Positions 23,662-36,129 of a stretch of 64,000 nt of DNA are shown one piece after another (position 1 is the first letter of the stretch; each line of letters begins with the position of its first letter). This stretch comes from Haliotis rubra (taxonomy: Eukaryota): assembly GCF_003918875.1 (NCBI RefSeq), contig NW_025767134.1, positions 806,001 to 870,000 on the forward strand, written 5' to 3'. The translations under genes and the position numbers were made by a program. The notes below the pieces were generated by a model. It had not been told where the DNA came from. It worked only from the letters and a program-made list of their open reading frames with translations, and made no database searches.

Positions 23662-23801
23662 GGGGCTGGGTAGTCTAGTGGGATCACTCAACACCACATG
23701 CCGGTGACCCGGGTTCGACACATTACATGGGCACAATGTTATATGGATCCCCGCCGTGATATTGCTGGAATATTGCTAAAAGCTAAAACTCAGTCAGTCA
23801 G
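23662..23801 (+). mobile_element. tRNA-derived SINE with I-group LINE-like tail
   Basis: A box TAGTCTAGTGG, B box GGTTCGA, tail GATATTGCTGGAATATTGCTAAAAG + (CAGT)n; 12-bp TSD TCTAATTATTTG (23650-23661, 23802-23813). Confidence 0.8.
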
Positions 23802-23870
23802 TCTAATTATTTGAGACCTGTGTTTTTTCACGGGATCACTCAACACCACATGTTAGGTGTATATGTGTAT

Positions 23871-24043
23871 GTACACATTAAAGGCGAAAATGTATGGATG
23901 CCAGCTTCTTTATATGAGGAGCACGACGTTTTGGAGTATATTCCTACTTCTTCATCAAATAAAGGAGTATGAATATACTCCGAAACGTCGTGTTCCTCAG
24001 ATAAAAAAGTTTACGTCCATAAATTCTCGTCTTTATGTGTATC
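23871..24043. repeat. Long imperfect palindrome resembling an inverted pair of Penelope-like termini with hammerhead-type cores
   Basis: Arms of about 85 bp, e.g. TGAGGAGCACGACGTTTTGGAGTATATTC / GAATATACTCCGAAACGTCGTGTTCCTCA; TGATGA...GAAAC-like motifs. Confidence 0.6.
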
Positions 24044-24202
24044 ACTTCTAAATGACGTTCAAAGACACTCTGTACATCTTGTATATATGAGTTACTGCAC
24101 CCGACTGCATCTCTAAAACCAAGAGTAATCTACAACTCAAAACACTCACCTGGTGTACTTGCACACTTGTATATCATATGAATTTACCTCCGTGTCCAAC
24201 GT

Positions 24203-24448
24203 GGAGTCCAACGCGGAATCGTCGGAGAAATAATGAAGAGGTTTGAAAGTCGTGGCTACAAACTGGTTGCCTGCAAAATGATGCAGGCTTCCAAGGCACA
24301 CCTTGAAAAACATTATGCAGATCTGTCAAGCAAGCCATTCTTCCCTGGCCTTGTCAAGTACATGGCATCTGGACCCGTTGTTGCTATGGTTTGGGAAGGC
24401 AAGCATGTAGTAAAGATGGGCCGTAAGATGCTTGGCGCCACAAACCCA
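24203..24448 (+). pseudogene. NME: Processed nucleoside diphosphate kinase (NME1/2-type) fragment
   Basis: [82 protein letters not shown]; intronless, both termini and the catalytic HGSD missing. Confidence 0.92.
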
Positions 24449-25328
24449 ATCCGTATATTTACTGATGAAATGCGATGTGATGTTAACGTCATTCGAATTC
24501 ATAATATGACGTCAGATTGAAGTGAAGTCATGACAGAAATAACGCACTGTTAAGGTCAATCGACATTTGTGTTTTTCTAAGAGTGTGGTCGTTATCAGTT
24601 GGTATAGTAGCATTCGTGTCACAATCTCGTTCTTTCAACATATTATAATGAAGTTTGTGATAGGCGTTCAGTAGGGGAAAAACATAACAACATCGCCGCT
24701 TTATACCGACAACAGCTGTAGAAGAGCTGTTTAAGAGCTACGTCTTGCCCCTTTATCATATGAACACCATATAGATTATGTATAGAAACAAATATATGTT
24801 TAGACCAGACAGGAGTAATATACAAAGATGATTGTGGGCGACGAAGCCAATTTATTAATATTACTGTCATGGCAACTCAGTCGTTACTGGAATGTTTCCA
24901 ACTGTTTATTCTACAAGCCAAAGATTAACGAAACAATAGTATACATTTATCCGGCCTATAAAAGATAGTACACAATGCCATGACTGAATCTACATATGTA
25001 TATGTCCTGTATAGATATCAAACAAAATACAATATCACAATAGAGCAACATGCACGCATTTTGTAATATCTATACTGTTATGTGCCGGTATTATTTATTG
25101 TGTATATGTATATAAGTTTGATTACTGTTGGTGAGAGGTGCATATTAATTACTGTTTCAATGATATAATCACTGTTCTTGTATCACATTACCTTGAAATG
25201 TGTACTGCAATCTATTTCCTACTGCCATAGAGACACCTTGGTATGAATTTGTGAACTAAGTTCATTTTAGAATACAATTGATAATTATATCACATTGCTA
25301 TGTTGCTTGTTGCCTTCAGATCTAGTTC

Positions 25329-25533
25329 GACCCGTGAAGATCCGGGTTAGAATTGATCTTCAGTAACCCATGCTTGTCTTAAGAGGCGACTCACGAGATC
25401 GGGTGGTCAGGCTCGCTGACTTGGTTGACACATGTCATCGTATCCCAATAGCATAGATCGATGCTCATGCTGTTCATCACTGGTCCAGACTCGATTATTT
25501 ACAGACCGCCACCATAAAGCTGGAATGTTGCTC
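25329..25533 (+). mobile_element. Non-tRNA short retroelement (best copy), 5' end GACCCGTGAAGA, LINE-like 3' tail, ends in gap
   Basis: GACCCGTGAAGATCCGGGTTAGAATTGATCTTCAGTAACCCATGCTTGTC.TAAGAGGCGACT...GCTGGAATGTTGCT; at least six other copies in the window. Confidence 0.8.
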
Positions 25534-26033
25534 NNNNNNNNNNNNNNNNNNNNNNNNNNNNNNNNNNNNNNNNNNNNNNNNNNNNNNNNNNNNNNNNNNN
25601 NNNNNNNNNNNNNNNNNNNNNNNNNNNNNNNNNNNNNNNNNNNNNNNNNNNNNNNNNNNNNNNNNNNNNNNNNNNNNNNNNNNNNNNNNNNNNNNNNNNN
25701 NNNNNNNNNNNNNNNNNNNNNNNNNNNNNNCTGATTCCTGGTTAACTTCTTAGTTTCAACCCGGGAAGCAACACGTAACACACTGCATTGTTTTAGGGGC
25801 AAAACCATTAACGTATACTAGGTACTGACGACTGTATTGCACTCTTTTGTGTGTTATACTGATTTCATGAACTCCTGTAAGTATTCATACATGACCTTCC
25901 CTCTCCGTGGGAAATACAAGCGTTCAAACACAATACATATTGTGAATGACTCATCAACCCCGAACTCCGACCCGGCTGAATTCTGGCTGCAGGAAAAGAC
26001 ACAATAGACTTCTAATTTTGTGACCCATTAGTA

Positions 26034-26385
26034 AGGTGAGGTGAGGTGAAATTGGGTTTAACGTCGTGCTTGAGAATATTTCGCTCATATGACGACGTGC
26101 ATGCGTGTGTATGTGTATGTGCGGCTGCTTGTACTAGCCCAGACTTAAGCTGGTTTTATAGTGCTAGCCCACTGAGATACCATGCCGCAGTGAAGCATGA
26201 ATACCCCACTCAGACACATTATACTAACTCCGAGCCGACCAGTCCTTGTTGTACCCATTAATGCCGTGCGCCAGGCGGGGACCAACAAGTACCATATTTT
26301 AACGTCTTTTGGTATGACGCGGTCGAACCCGCGACCTTCCGCTCTCCGGGCGGACGCTCTAACCACTAAACCACGGAGGCGGTCA
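26034..26385 (-). mobile_element. tRNA-derived SINE with V-domain-like core
   Basis: Head GACCGCCTCCGTGGTTTAGTGGTTAGAGCG...GGTTCGA; core GACTGGTCGGCTCGGAGTTAGTATAATGTGTCTGAGTGG...CAGTGGGCTAGCACTATAAAA; (CACCT)n tail; 12-bp TSD GACCCATTAGTA (26022-33, 26386-97). Confidence 0.88.
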
Positions 26386-26889
26386 GACCCATTAGTATGT
26401 GACATTGACACAGTGGTTAATGTGTGTTGTATTTACTTGTGAGTTTTATGAAATTGCCGTGTTAAGAAGTGCCGTTTGAGTATTGAGATTTTACAATATT
26501 ATAAAGGCTTCTCAGCAGCCACTGATACATTAATCGAAGGTTGTCAATAGATCGATATTTGTGTGAAATGCTTGAATTAAAACAGGTTTCAGAGGGAACA
26601 GGATACCTCTTAAACAATTAGAATCAAGTAGTCCAGGCCACGATAGAATTAGTGTTTCACATGAAAACGGTAACATGTTGCCTACAGAGATATGTACCTG
26701 ACCACATTCAAATGTTCGCTTACTAATTCACGTTATTTGCTATTTTTGTCTTATTTCCTCATGTACAGTAAGGGATGGAAAGACTTCATGTTGTGTCACA
26801 CCATGGCTACCATGGCTACCCGGTATCATCTCTATTGAACTCTCTGTGAACTGGGAACAAGAAAGTGAAATAACACGAAGGGATTGTTC

Positions 26890-27513
26890 AGGTGAGCGAA
26901 TGAGTCCGGTTTCACTCCGTTTATAGCTATATTCCAGACAGTAGACACGACCAGATGGGAATAAAACCCGCATCTTCGTCACCTGCGAACGCTTGAACCA
27001 TTACGCTACCCCCACCGCCCATAGTTGTTTCAAACTCTCATCAAACAGTCTTTACCAAGTGCAATGTGAGTGAATGAGTGAGTGAGTGTGGTTTTACGCC
27101 ACATTTAGCTATATTCCGGCAAGATCATTTCGAGGAACACCAGAAATGGGCTTCACACGTTGTATCCATGTTGGGAATCGAACCCGGGCCTTCAGCGAAG
27201 TGCAATGTAACAGGAAGTTTCAGTCAACGGGTGACCAGGTACACTGCTGCGGAATATTTCCCTGTAGCAAAATTACTAGTCATACAGGGGCGGTGGGATA
27301 GCCTAATGGTTAAAGCCGAAAACCCAGGTTCGATATTGTTATCTTTCTTTAGTGCCCCAACTTCTAAATAAGAGCGGTGGGGTAGCCTATTTGTTAAAAC
27401 ACACGGGTTCGACTCCTCACATGGGCACAATGTGTCAAGTCCATTTCTGGTGTCATCCACCGTCATATTACTGGAATATTGCTAAAAGCGGCGTAAAACC
27501 ATACTCACTCACT
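26890..27513. mobile_element. Cluster of four tRNA-SINE copies/fragments (26890-27020 -, 27066-27198 -, 27288-27337 +, 27372-27513 +)
   Basis: GGGCGGTGGGGTAGCCTA heads, GGTTCGA B box, CATGGG.ACAATGTGT core, CTGGAATATTGCTAAAAGCGGCGTAAAAC(ACTC)n tail. Confidence 0.8.
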
Positions 27514-28263
27514 ACTAGTTATACAAATACTAGTAGTAGTTGCACTGATTATTTTCGTTATTTGCATTACATGATATTTGAGTCAGAACGAAGCTAAGTA
27601 GTGAAAAAATATACTTAAGGGTTTATGCTTTGAGACTGCTCAAAGTAATGTTCATTGTTCATCGAAATATCAAACTAGCGTTGTAAACATTGTCATAAAC
27701 ACGTTAAAATAACTACCTATTTCCGGGATTAGGATCCGGTTCAACATCGACTTCCAAGTATACAGTTACATTCGTTTGACAATACCTAATACATGAAAGA
27801 ATAACTTAAAATTGAATAAAGTAAGTTGTTTATTTGTTGAACCCAGTGTCCAGCGTTTTAAGGACAGCAATATATACATGTGGAAACAATGACTCTATTT
27901 AGAGTGTTCTTCACTCATCTGGAAAATATATACAATCAATATAATTAGTACACAACTTTCTTTGGCACATACTGGGGCAGATATTTCCAATGTATGGGCC
28001 ATGCAACACAACACAATACTCAATATTATTGCTTGCAACTGGGAAGGTATATACACAACATGATGGTCAATCATTTACATATGTAGTGTCTGGAACTATA
28101 ACACAAGTGTCTCCTTTGGAAAGTCAACAGCAAGATAAACCAACAAAGCGTAGGTAGTGATGCATCTACACCACACTGACAAATGTTTCTGGGTCTGTAA
28201 TCCCCTCCACATAATCGCGGCACAGTGTAGTATGAACACATCGCACATTACAGCGTCGTTTCC

Positions 28264-30332
28264 TTATTCATCACCAAGGTCATCATCCGCGTCGCCTGTG
28301 CGCTGTGTTGTTAGATACCTCACCTGTGCATTAGCAGAGGCAGCTATTAATTCCAGTAACTCGAGAGACTCACTGCTTGTCTGCATATCTTCATGTGTAT
28401 CTGTTTGTCCATTAACACCGTGCAACCTCGAGCCTGACATGGGTTCATAGATATGTTCCTGATGCCAGTCTGGTCCGTCTACCACACCTACTTTGTCACC
28501 ATCAGCCATCGCACCTGGAGTATCAATAACCCTTGGTTTAATATCTGGTACAGCATCAATCTCTTCCCTCATCCTGTTCCCTTGGCTCGGCTGTTCATGT
28601 GATGATTCTTTAAGGCAAGCCACCCTCTGTTCAGGTCTGGTGGTCAACAAAACTTGTTCCCTGCAGCCAGTGTCCACGTCCTGATCGTTGATCTCATAGT
28701 ATTTATGCGCCAAATAGGTACTGGATCCACTACCTTCGGCTTGGGTGACTGTTACAGCATCCTGCTGGGACCTGTGTATCAATCAAACGACCACTGAAGC
28801 ATATATTGCTGACCATTTATAGTTAACACTGTCAAATCCTCCACACTGTGCAGGCAAATATGTAATCGGTATTCTTAAGGAAACTTAAAACACCTCATTT
28901 ACCTTCTTCGTTTTTTATAAATCTTCTTAACAGTCTGAAGAGCACCGATCAACAGAAATGTTGACAGGATGGAACACACAATCATCAGGATGTGGACAGT
29001 TTTCAGACCATCTGGTTCCCCTGGTGAGGCTGTGGTGGCATCTGAAACGTTTCATATACTACATTTTACTTTCATATGATAATGACTCTAAAGGACACAG
29101 TGTTTCTAAAGGATGTCAGTGTTTCGCTACATCAATCCAAGTAAAAAAATGTCTTTCAATGTTTTCAAAATGATTTGCATGATAGTATATGAAGCTACGA
29201 CACGTGAAACATGGGTGGTACACGTAGCAAATGTGCCCAAGTCATGTATCAAACAGTGATATACCCTACCCTATGCACTGACAATTGATGGCAGGACAAC
29301 GTTATGCACGATATGTTTGGACAGCAAGAAGAAAGGTAATGCAGATGATATGTAAGAACCTTAGATTTTTGTTCGAAATTTTCTGACATATTCTGCCCTT
29401 ACCTGTGTGACAGTCTTCGCCGTGACATTTTCCATCGTCACACTCGAAGTAGCTCTCATCGCACCGTGTACACGTCTCTTTATGTTCGTCGCATTCTACA
29501 CAAGATTGTGATGAGCAGGTAACATTGCAGAACGTTCCAAGGGAACCTAATATACAGGCACGACATTTCCCTATATCCTTATCACATCCGTCTCTACAGG
29601 TGGATGGACAAGGCGTTCTACAGTGTGGACCGTAATACCGGGGATTCTGACATGGTCCTATGCAATCATCTCCATAACGTTTACACTGTGTACAGGCTGC
29701 ATCACAGTTCGCACCACAGTTGTCTCCCCTTTTGCCAGCAATACATCCCTCTGTACACACAACCAGGCTGTCCGTCTGACAGCGAGAGTTGAGACAGGTG
29801 TCTGGACAGTCATGTTCACACTGTTTACCGTAGAACCTGGAGTCCCGACACTGAAGACACTCTCCAGGTGACGTCAGATTGATACATCGTGGCACACACT
29901 CTCCTTCAACACAAACTCGGTTATCGTCCTCACAGTTGGTACAGAGTCTACTGGAAAACGCACGTGTTGCCACTGTAACGACAAAATGAACACTTGTAAC
30001 ATCTTCTGAGAAGTTTGTCACATTAACATACATGTGAATCAGTAACTGTCGGTCTAAAGATCCTTGTCCACAGGTTAAATATGAGTTACGCAGACACTTA
30101 TATCTTTTTTAAACAATGCATTTTCTGTAACAATTATTATGCCCTGTTTATGATATATACACAAATATATACTTTACATTACCCGATCTGACATACGTTC
30201 CTATTATTAACAGTGTTTACAAATTCACGATTTATGTATAATTGACCTAAATATATAGATATAATCTAAAAGGTATAAACAGGTACCTGTTATCAAGGTC
30301 ACCAGTGTAATCGTCACCGCCAACGTTGCCAT
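28264..30332 (-). CDS. Multi-EGF single-pass receptor gene B, intact, 420 aa; exons 30332-30287, 29972-29403, 29041-28903, 28771-28264
   Basis: Signal MATLAVTITLVTLIT, EGF exon, TM VHILMIVCSILSTFLLIGAL + KKIYKKRRR, tail with HKYYEI and IYEPM. GT-AG with phases 1,1,2; 1263 nt open. Confidence 0.88.
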
Positions 30333-32775
30333 GGTCAACGGTGCGCTGTTGAAAAACAGGCAATACTTGCTTGAAAAGTATATTGACTGTCATTAATACA
30401 ACATTGGTTGCTAATGGTATATATGAAAGGATGAAAAGGTGAATCCTAGCATCAAATTAGAAATACAGAAACGACATGCTATAATAACCTGGAACAACTA
30501 TTACATTTGCTATCTTACCTCGCAGGTGGGTGTAATATTGGTGCATCGCCCACGTGAGTTAACTGTGAGTTCGGAATACTTCCTCTCACTACCCTTGACC
30601 TAGGGCCGTGTGGGTTTTGTTGGAGATCATGGATCAGTTTCATGCACAATGCAAACACACCAGGAAGCATTTTGTGTACGTATGTTTCACCCGATATATC
30701 TCCTTTATACCAATTCGATAGGTGAAGTAAATTACTTTCTACATCATGATTGGAAAGGTAAAGAAAATTATAAGAAGCAAATCGGTGTATTTGATTGTAC
30801 GTTAGAATGGTGAATATGGTTCGCAAACACCTGGTATTATCCGTATCTGGTAGTGATTCAAGAAAAATAAAGCGACCTTTCTATAGTCACAAAGACGCCA
30901 AAATAGGAGTCGTTAGTCCGATCCCGACTACATCATGAGCGTGATGATATCGGGTGTTTGGGAAACGGTGAACGTATCACGATCGGTGGCACTCGTCGTA
31001 AACACAGAAAGAGGCAAGTTGATGGTTTACCTGGAAAACACAGGGTCACTTGTAGTCGTATAGATAACTCGTATGTCAGACTCTGGTGTCATTACCGATT
31101 TCTTGTGATTATGGAAATGGTTTTGTCGCTTTTGTTCCAAGGTCGAGAACGAAAGTTGCTGTCCTCTGTAGGTGCAGCATCATACGTGTCATGAACCAGT
31201 TAGATAGTCAATATACTCAATGTAGCATGTTAATGTTTTTGAATGTGATACACAGGCTAGCTGATTGCTGTGTTCAGTTACAGATTATCAAGTCTCTTGG
31301 GTTGTTTTTTCTAGCGCACAATAAATCAAGATGTAAATAAGGAAGAAGAACCAAACACCAATACAACGGGGAATACAAATACAACAGGCCTTGTTTCCTC
31401 TTATGACAATTTACATTTTAGATTTGTTCCCTTATGTTATACCATACATGAAGTAGCCCAGTGAGTGTTACTGACGACGCAGCCTCGTTATGATGTAAAG
31501 TCTGACCACCTGAAAACGTACTGGTCAGTTTTTGTTGGTGCCGCTCATATATACAACACACCAAATACGACAGAATACCGTACTTGAGAGGGTACATTTA
31601 ATGAAAGATCATTCATCACAAGCTTCTCACTCACACGAATTCAGTGTAAAAACAAAAACAAACTGGTATTATACAAAGAATAATTTCATTAAGACTATAT
31701 TCGGGTTTTACATTAATACAAATGACTTGAAAGTATTTACAATGTTAGTATGTGCAAAAAAAACAATTTACAGTATATTTATAATGTGCGTGTGTGATTC
31801 TTTAAAAACTTGTATTGTGTTTCCCTGCATGACAGTAATTGACGCCATCTTTTGTTTTTAACAAAGCGTTAGGTAAAAAATTACACCTTTTGTACAGACC
31901 ACACATGTTTTTGTCGAGTAGGAGAAAGGTGTATCTCGAAAGGGCTATACTTGCTCCTCCTTGCTAACAACACCTCATATCCATATACTGAGGATTCGAT
32001 AGGGGAAACATTAAATATTCGTTAGAAATTGAAAACAGTTCAACAGGCAGCTTTATTTTATACTGGAAGAATATAATATTAAAACCGAAAAGCAAAGCGC
32101 CTGGTATACTGACACACTGGTGTAATTAAGTCGGGTGGGTAGTTTCCATACAATATCCGTCTAATCACAGTTTTACAGGTGGTGTGTAGTCTTCTGTGTT
32201 TCAGAAAAAAGTGGGTTTCTTAAACAAGCAACTGCAGCCAGGCGGGTAACACGAGATAAAACCTGTTTCCATTTTTCTGATCAATGCTATTGCAAAGTGC
32301 GAGTTTTGGGGAGCAGATAGTGGTACAATCTGTGATGATCGCATTATAATGTCAGTGTCAAAGCAGAATATTACGGAATTTACGGCGATTGGCTTAACTT
32401 ATATAAGGTACAAACACGTATGAAGACCAACGATACACGTATCATCCTTGTCAAACTACGGACATTCATAAGACAGCTAAAACATAGCAAGATTATTTAA
32501 GCCTCCAAGAAAATAACTACATTTAAAAGATATTAAATTCATGTTATTGCACATATTATAAGCAATAGAGTTCAGTGACATTTGGGCTGAAATTCCCTCA
32601 GCCATTCAAGGGTAGGTCCTTGTATTTTTTGTGGTCACAGTTGGCTGATATTGTCCGCAGTATGTTCGGCGCTGTTATCCGTGATATCACTGATTTTTAA
32701 ATCAATTGGGAACTTTAAAAGTAAAATAATGAAAGCCGTAAGTTGCTTTCACATTTACACTCTGTCTAACACATT

Positions 32776-35400
32776 TCAATCGATTAAACTCTCTGTTGAA
32801 CTGGGTGGTGTATTGAAATAGTGGATATGAACACATGGCCTCGTCAGTTCCACAACTGTAATTCCATTGGAGAAGCTGTCTAAACTTCGTTCCAACACAG
32901 GCGCAGTGACGACTTCCTGTTGGTCAGCGCTCCCTGGCGCGTCAGTGGATGTCCCAATGGGATGCGAGCAGCGGATGTCAAGTGTGTTGTAATCTCCGTC
33001 AACAGGTACGGCATCAGCTCCATTGACTTGCATATCAAAGAATGTGTTATCTATGTAGTCATAGGAATGTTCGGAGACGTCTTCTTCTATGTCTGCAGCA
33101 ACAGTCTTAGTCGTGGATCTGAAATAGTTAGTCGTACCTAGGAAACTGGAACAAGTTCAAAATCACAATGAGTCACATTGAGATAACTGATTTTTGCCGA
33201 TTGACCACGTATATATCTAAATGATTGCATAACAGAAGAAAAAAAAACATTCAAGTAAAATACATGTTTCAGGTAATCGCCCTAACCCTTTCACTCATTG
33301 TAACATCTTACTTCGCCCAAACTGAATACAAGTAGTGTTTGCCTTTCCAAACGCCATACCCTTGGAAAGGGAAATAATACATATAATTGAGCCTTTATTG
33401 TCTGTCGACATCACCATACTTTCAAAACTTGTGAACTTCCTGGCAACGGGTATGAATCTACATCAGTTGTGTACTGAATCTTAGACATGAGAAGAGAGCT
33501 CGACCATTTCAGGTCACTGACAGAAGCATCACAAGGTTGTTTTTGAAATATTAACGTTCAATGCTATATACACAGATTGGATATGATATGCAAACAAACC
33601 TCCTCCGATTACGCACAAGCAGTATGGTCACAATCAGCATCACATGGCCTAGGATACCCACTGTTATCACTGTAGGAGTAACTGCATCGTTTCCTAAAAA
33701 CAGATATTTGCAATATACCACATATATACTGCATACTGTTGACTAGAAAACCCAGAAAGCCTTGGTAAATAAAAGTAATTCGTAATTCGATAATTGTTTA
33801 AATAACTGGTCTTTTAACCATTGACGTACTATTACGGATAAGTTGTTTAAATAACTGGTCTGCGTGACAACTTAACCATTGACGTACTATTACCTTTATC
33901 ACATTCAGTATACATCACACTTGTGACAGGAAACATTCGATACACTTGTCCCTTGACTAGAAAACCAAGTTGGCCTTGGAAGGAAACATTACACTTGTCC
34001 CCTATTGTAACCTGGTTTAACCATTGACGCACTCCCCATGCCTTTATCACACCCACCTCTACAGTTGGGGTGACAGGTATTATACACTTGCAATCACACT
34101 TGTCCCCTGTGGTAACCTGGCTCACAGCTTCCACATTCCCTGTGGTACTATCACATCCACCTGTACAGTTGGGGTGACAGGTAACATCACACTTGTCTCC
34201 TGTGTAACCTGGCTCACAGCTGCCACACTCCCCTGTGATCCTATTACATCCACCTGTACAGTTGGAGGGACAAGGTGTTGAGCAGTTGTGACCGTAATAC
34301 TGGGGATTCTCACACGGTCCTGTACAACCTTCACCATAACGTTCACACTGTGTACAGGCTGAAGGACAGGTCACTCCACAGTTATCTCCCTTCTTGCCGG
34401 CCACACATCCCTCTGTACACATAACACTGGTGTTGTTCATCTGACAGCGAGAGTTGAGACAGGTGTCTGGACAGTCATGTTGACACTGTTTACCATAAAA
34501 CCTCGAGTCCAGACACTGGATACACTGTGACGTCACATTGTCACAGCGAGGTAGACATACACCGTCAACACAGGTCACGTTGTTAACGTCACAGTTGCAG
34601 GGTGTGGTTGTAGAAGAAACTGGTAACAAAGATCCGGTCAGATATTACAGACAGTGAGTCTAAAATACGTTTACTCATATTATTGGATAGCAGTCGAAAT
34701 AATATCGATAAAGTCGATACAAGGCATACTTCCAGTTGAAGCTGTAGAGAGGGAAAGATATAGATTGGGATTGCGTTCAACTAACACACCTTGACAAATA
34801 ACCAACAGGGCGTAACACAGTCTACCGCCAAAACACCAACACGTAACACCTACCGCCAACGCACGTCACATATGCTAGAGAGTTGGTGATATGAATGATA
34901 GCTATGGCGAGGGGTATGCTGGGCAAACTGTTGATCTAAAATGTATTTAGTGCAATCTATGTGGATATGGACTATTACTTTGATGTTGGATTATGCAAAT
35001 GTAATATGAAGATGATAATTTTCAGAGAAATCGGATATCGTTACTATCGTGTCTTGCAGTAATGTTTCGCTTCTTTTTACCTTTTAAGGTACCGACAGTC
35101 TAAACCATATCTGAGTTGACTTCATTTGTTGCTTAAATTCAAACTGAATACAGATTTTTTGACATGGCGAGATGAAGCCAAACATTAGTATCCGGAGCAT
35201 ATTTCAATGTCGTTTTAAATGTTTCTAGATATATGAGTCCATGATTAAGTCACATCTGATATGCACTGACATCAATTGTAACTACAGACAATACATCTCA
35301 TCCACAACAAATTCAAGGTTCAGATATACATTTTCTGAGCTTTAACGACATTGTACGCACCTGATGCTACCACAAGGACTATAGCCATGAGGCCCTCCAT
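32776..35400 (-). CDS. Multi-EGF single-pass receptor gene C; exons 35400-35361, 34619-~33900 (3' end scrambled), 33693-33600, 33118-32776
   Basis: Signal MEGLMAIVLVVAS, EGF block, TM VITVGILGHVMLIVTILLV + RNRRR, tail with HSYDYID and DYNTL. Region 33770-34060 is jumbled. Confidence 0.75.
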
Positions 35401-36129
35401 GGATGTAAGGTCCTGAAAAAAAGTAATTACACATGGTACAAGTTTTTACACAGATGACCACTTTCCCCTATATCGTCAAATGTATGGGTCATTTATCGGT
35501 GACGTGATGTCTGCCATGCACATTGGCTAACGTGGTTAACTTGAAACATAATGAACACCTTCACCTTGTGTGTACAATAACTACTGACTCACGACCCTGG
35601 TAGTTTATTCTCTTTAACTCCCAGTAACATTAAATTGGAATATGTTATGTTCAAAATGCTGACTGACACCTGATAATTGGAAGCCAAACCTTTTGAATGT
35701 GTAGCCCGAAACAACTCCACGCCCACCTTCTTCTGTTTCAAAGGATATACATCTGAAATCGTAGCTCACCTGTCTCAATTTACAACAGACAACCATTCAA
35801 GTATAATTTCTGCTAAATACAAGCGAGCCTACATGGTGGTCGACGGTAACTCCGTCCCGAGTTACCGCTATCGAGCTCCGCGGCAGAGAGTCACCCTGAC
35901 AGATTGGATTACGGACCGAAACGCCCATAGACACAGTTCCAGGCGATTCACTGGTGTTCTCACAGTGGACAAACTCACCTACATAGTAAATAACAGTTGC
36001 ATGCCTACGTCATCAGGACTAGAGGACCCTCAATCACCATCTTTAAGTGGAAGCAGGAAACTTACTTCGTCTACAGGGCTACAGTTATCATCTTGCGACA
36101 GTATTTCAGCATGAATCAGTGAAATTAAT

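Noticed and set aside
24233-24520. Functional NDPK gene
   Set aside because: Lacks the N-terminus and catalytic His region; homology ends at ATNP with no splice donor.
26320-26385. Genuine tRNA genes at SINE heads (also 23662, 27288, 27372, 46870-46960)
   Set aside because: No complete cloverleaf; embedded in SINE bodies with tails/TSDs or in an inverted-repeat element.
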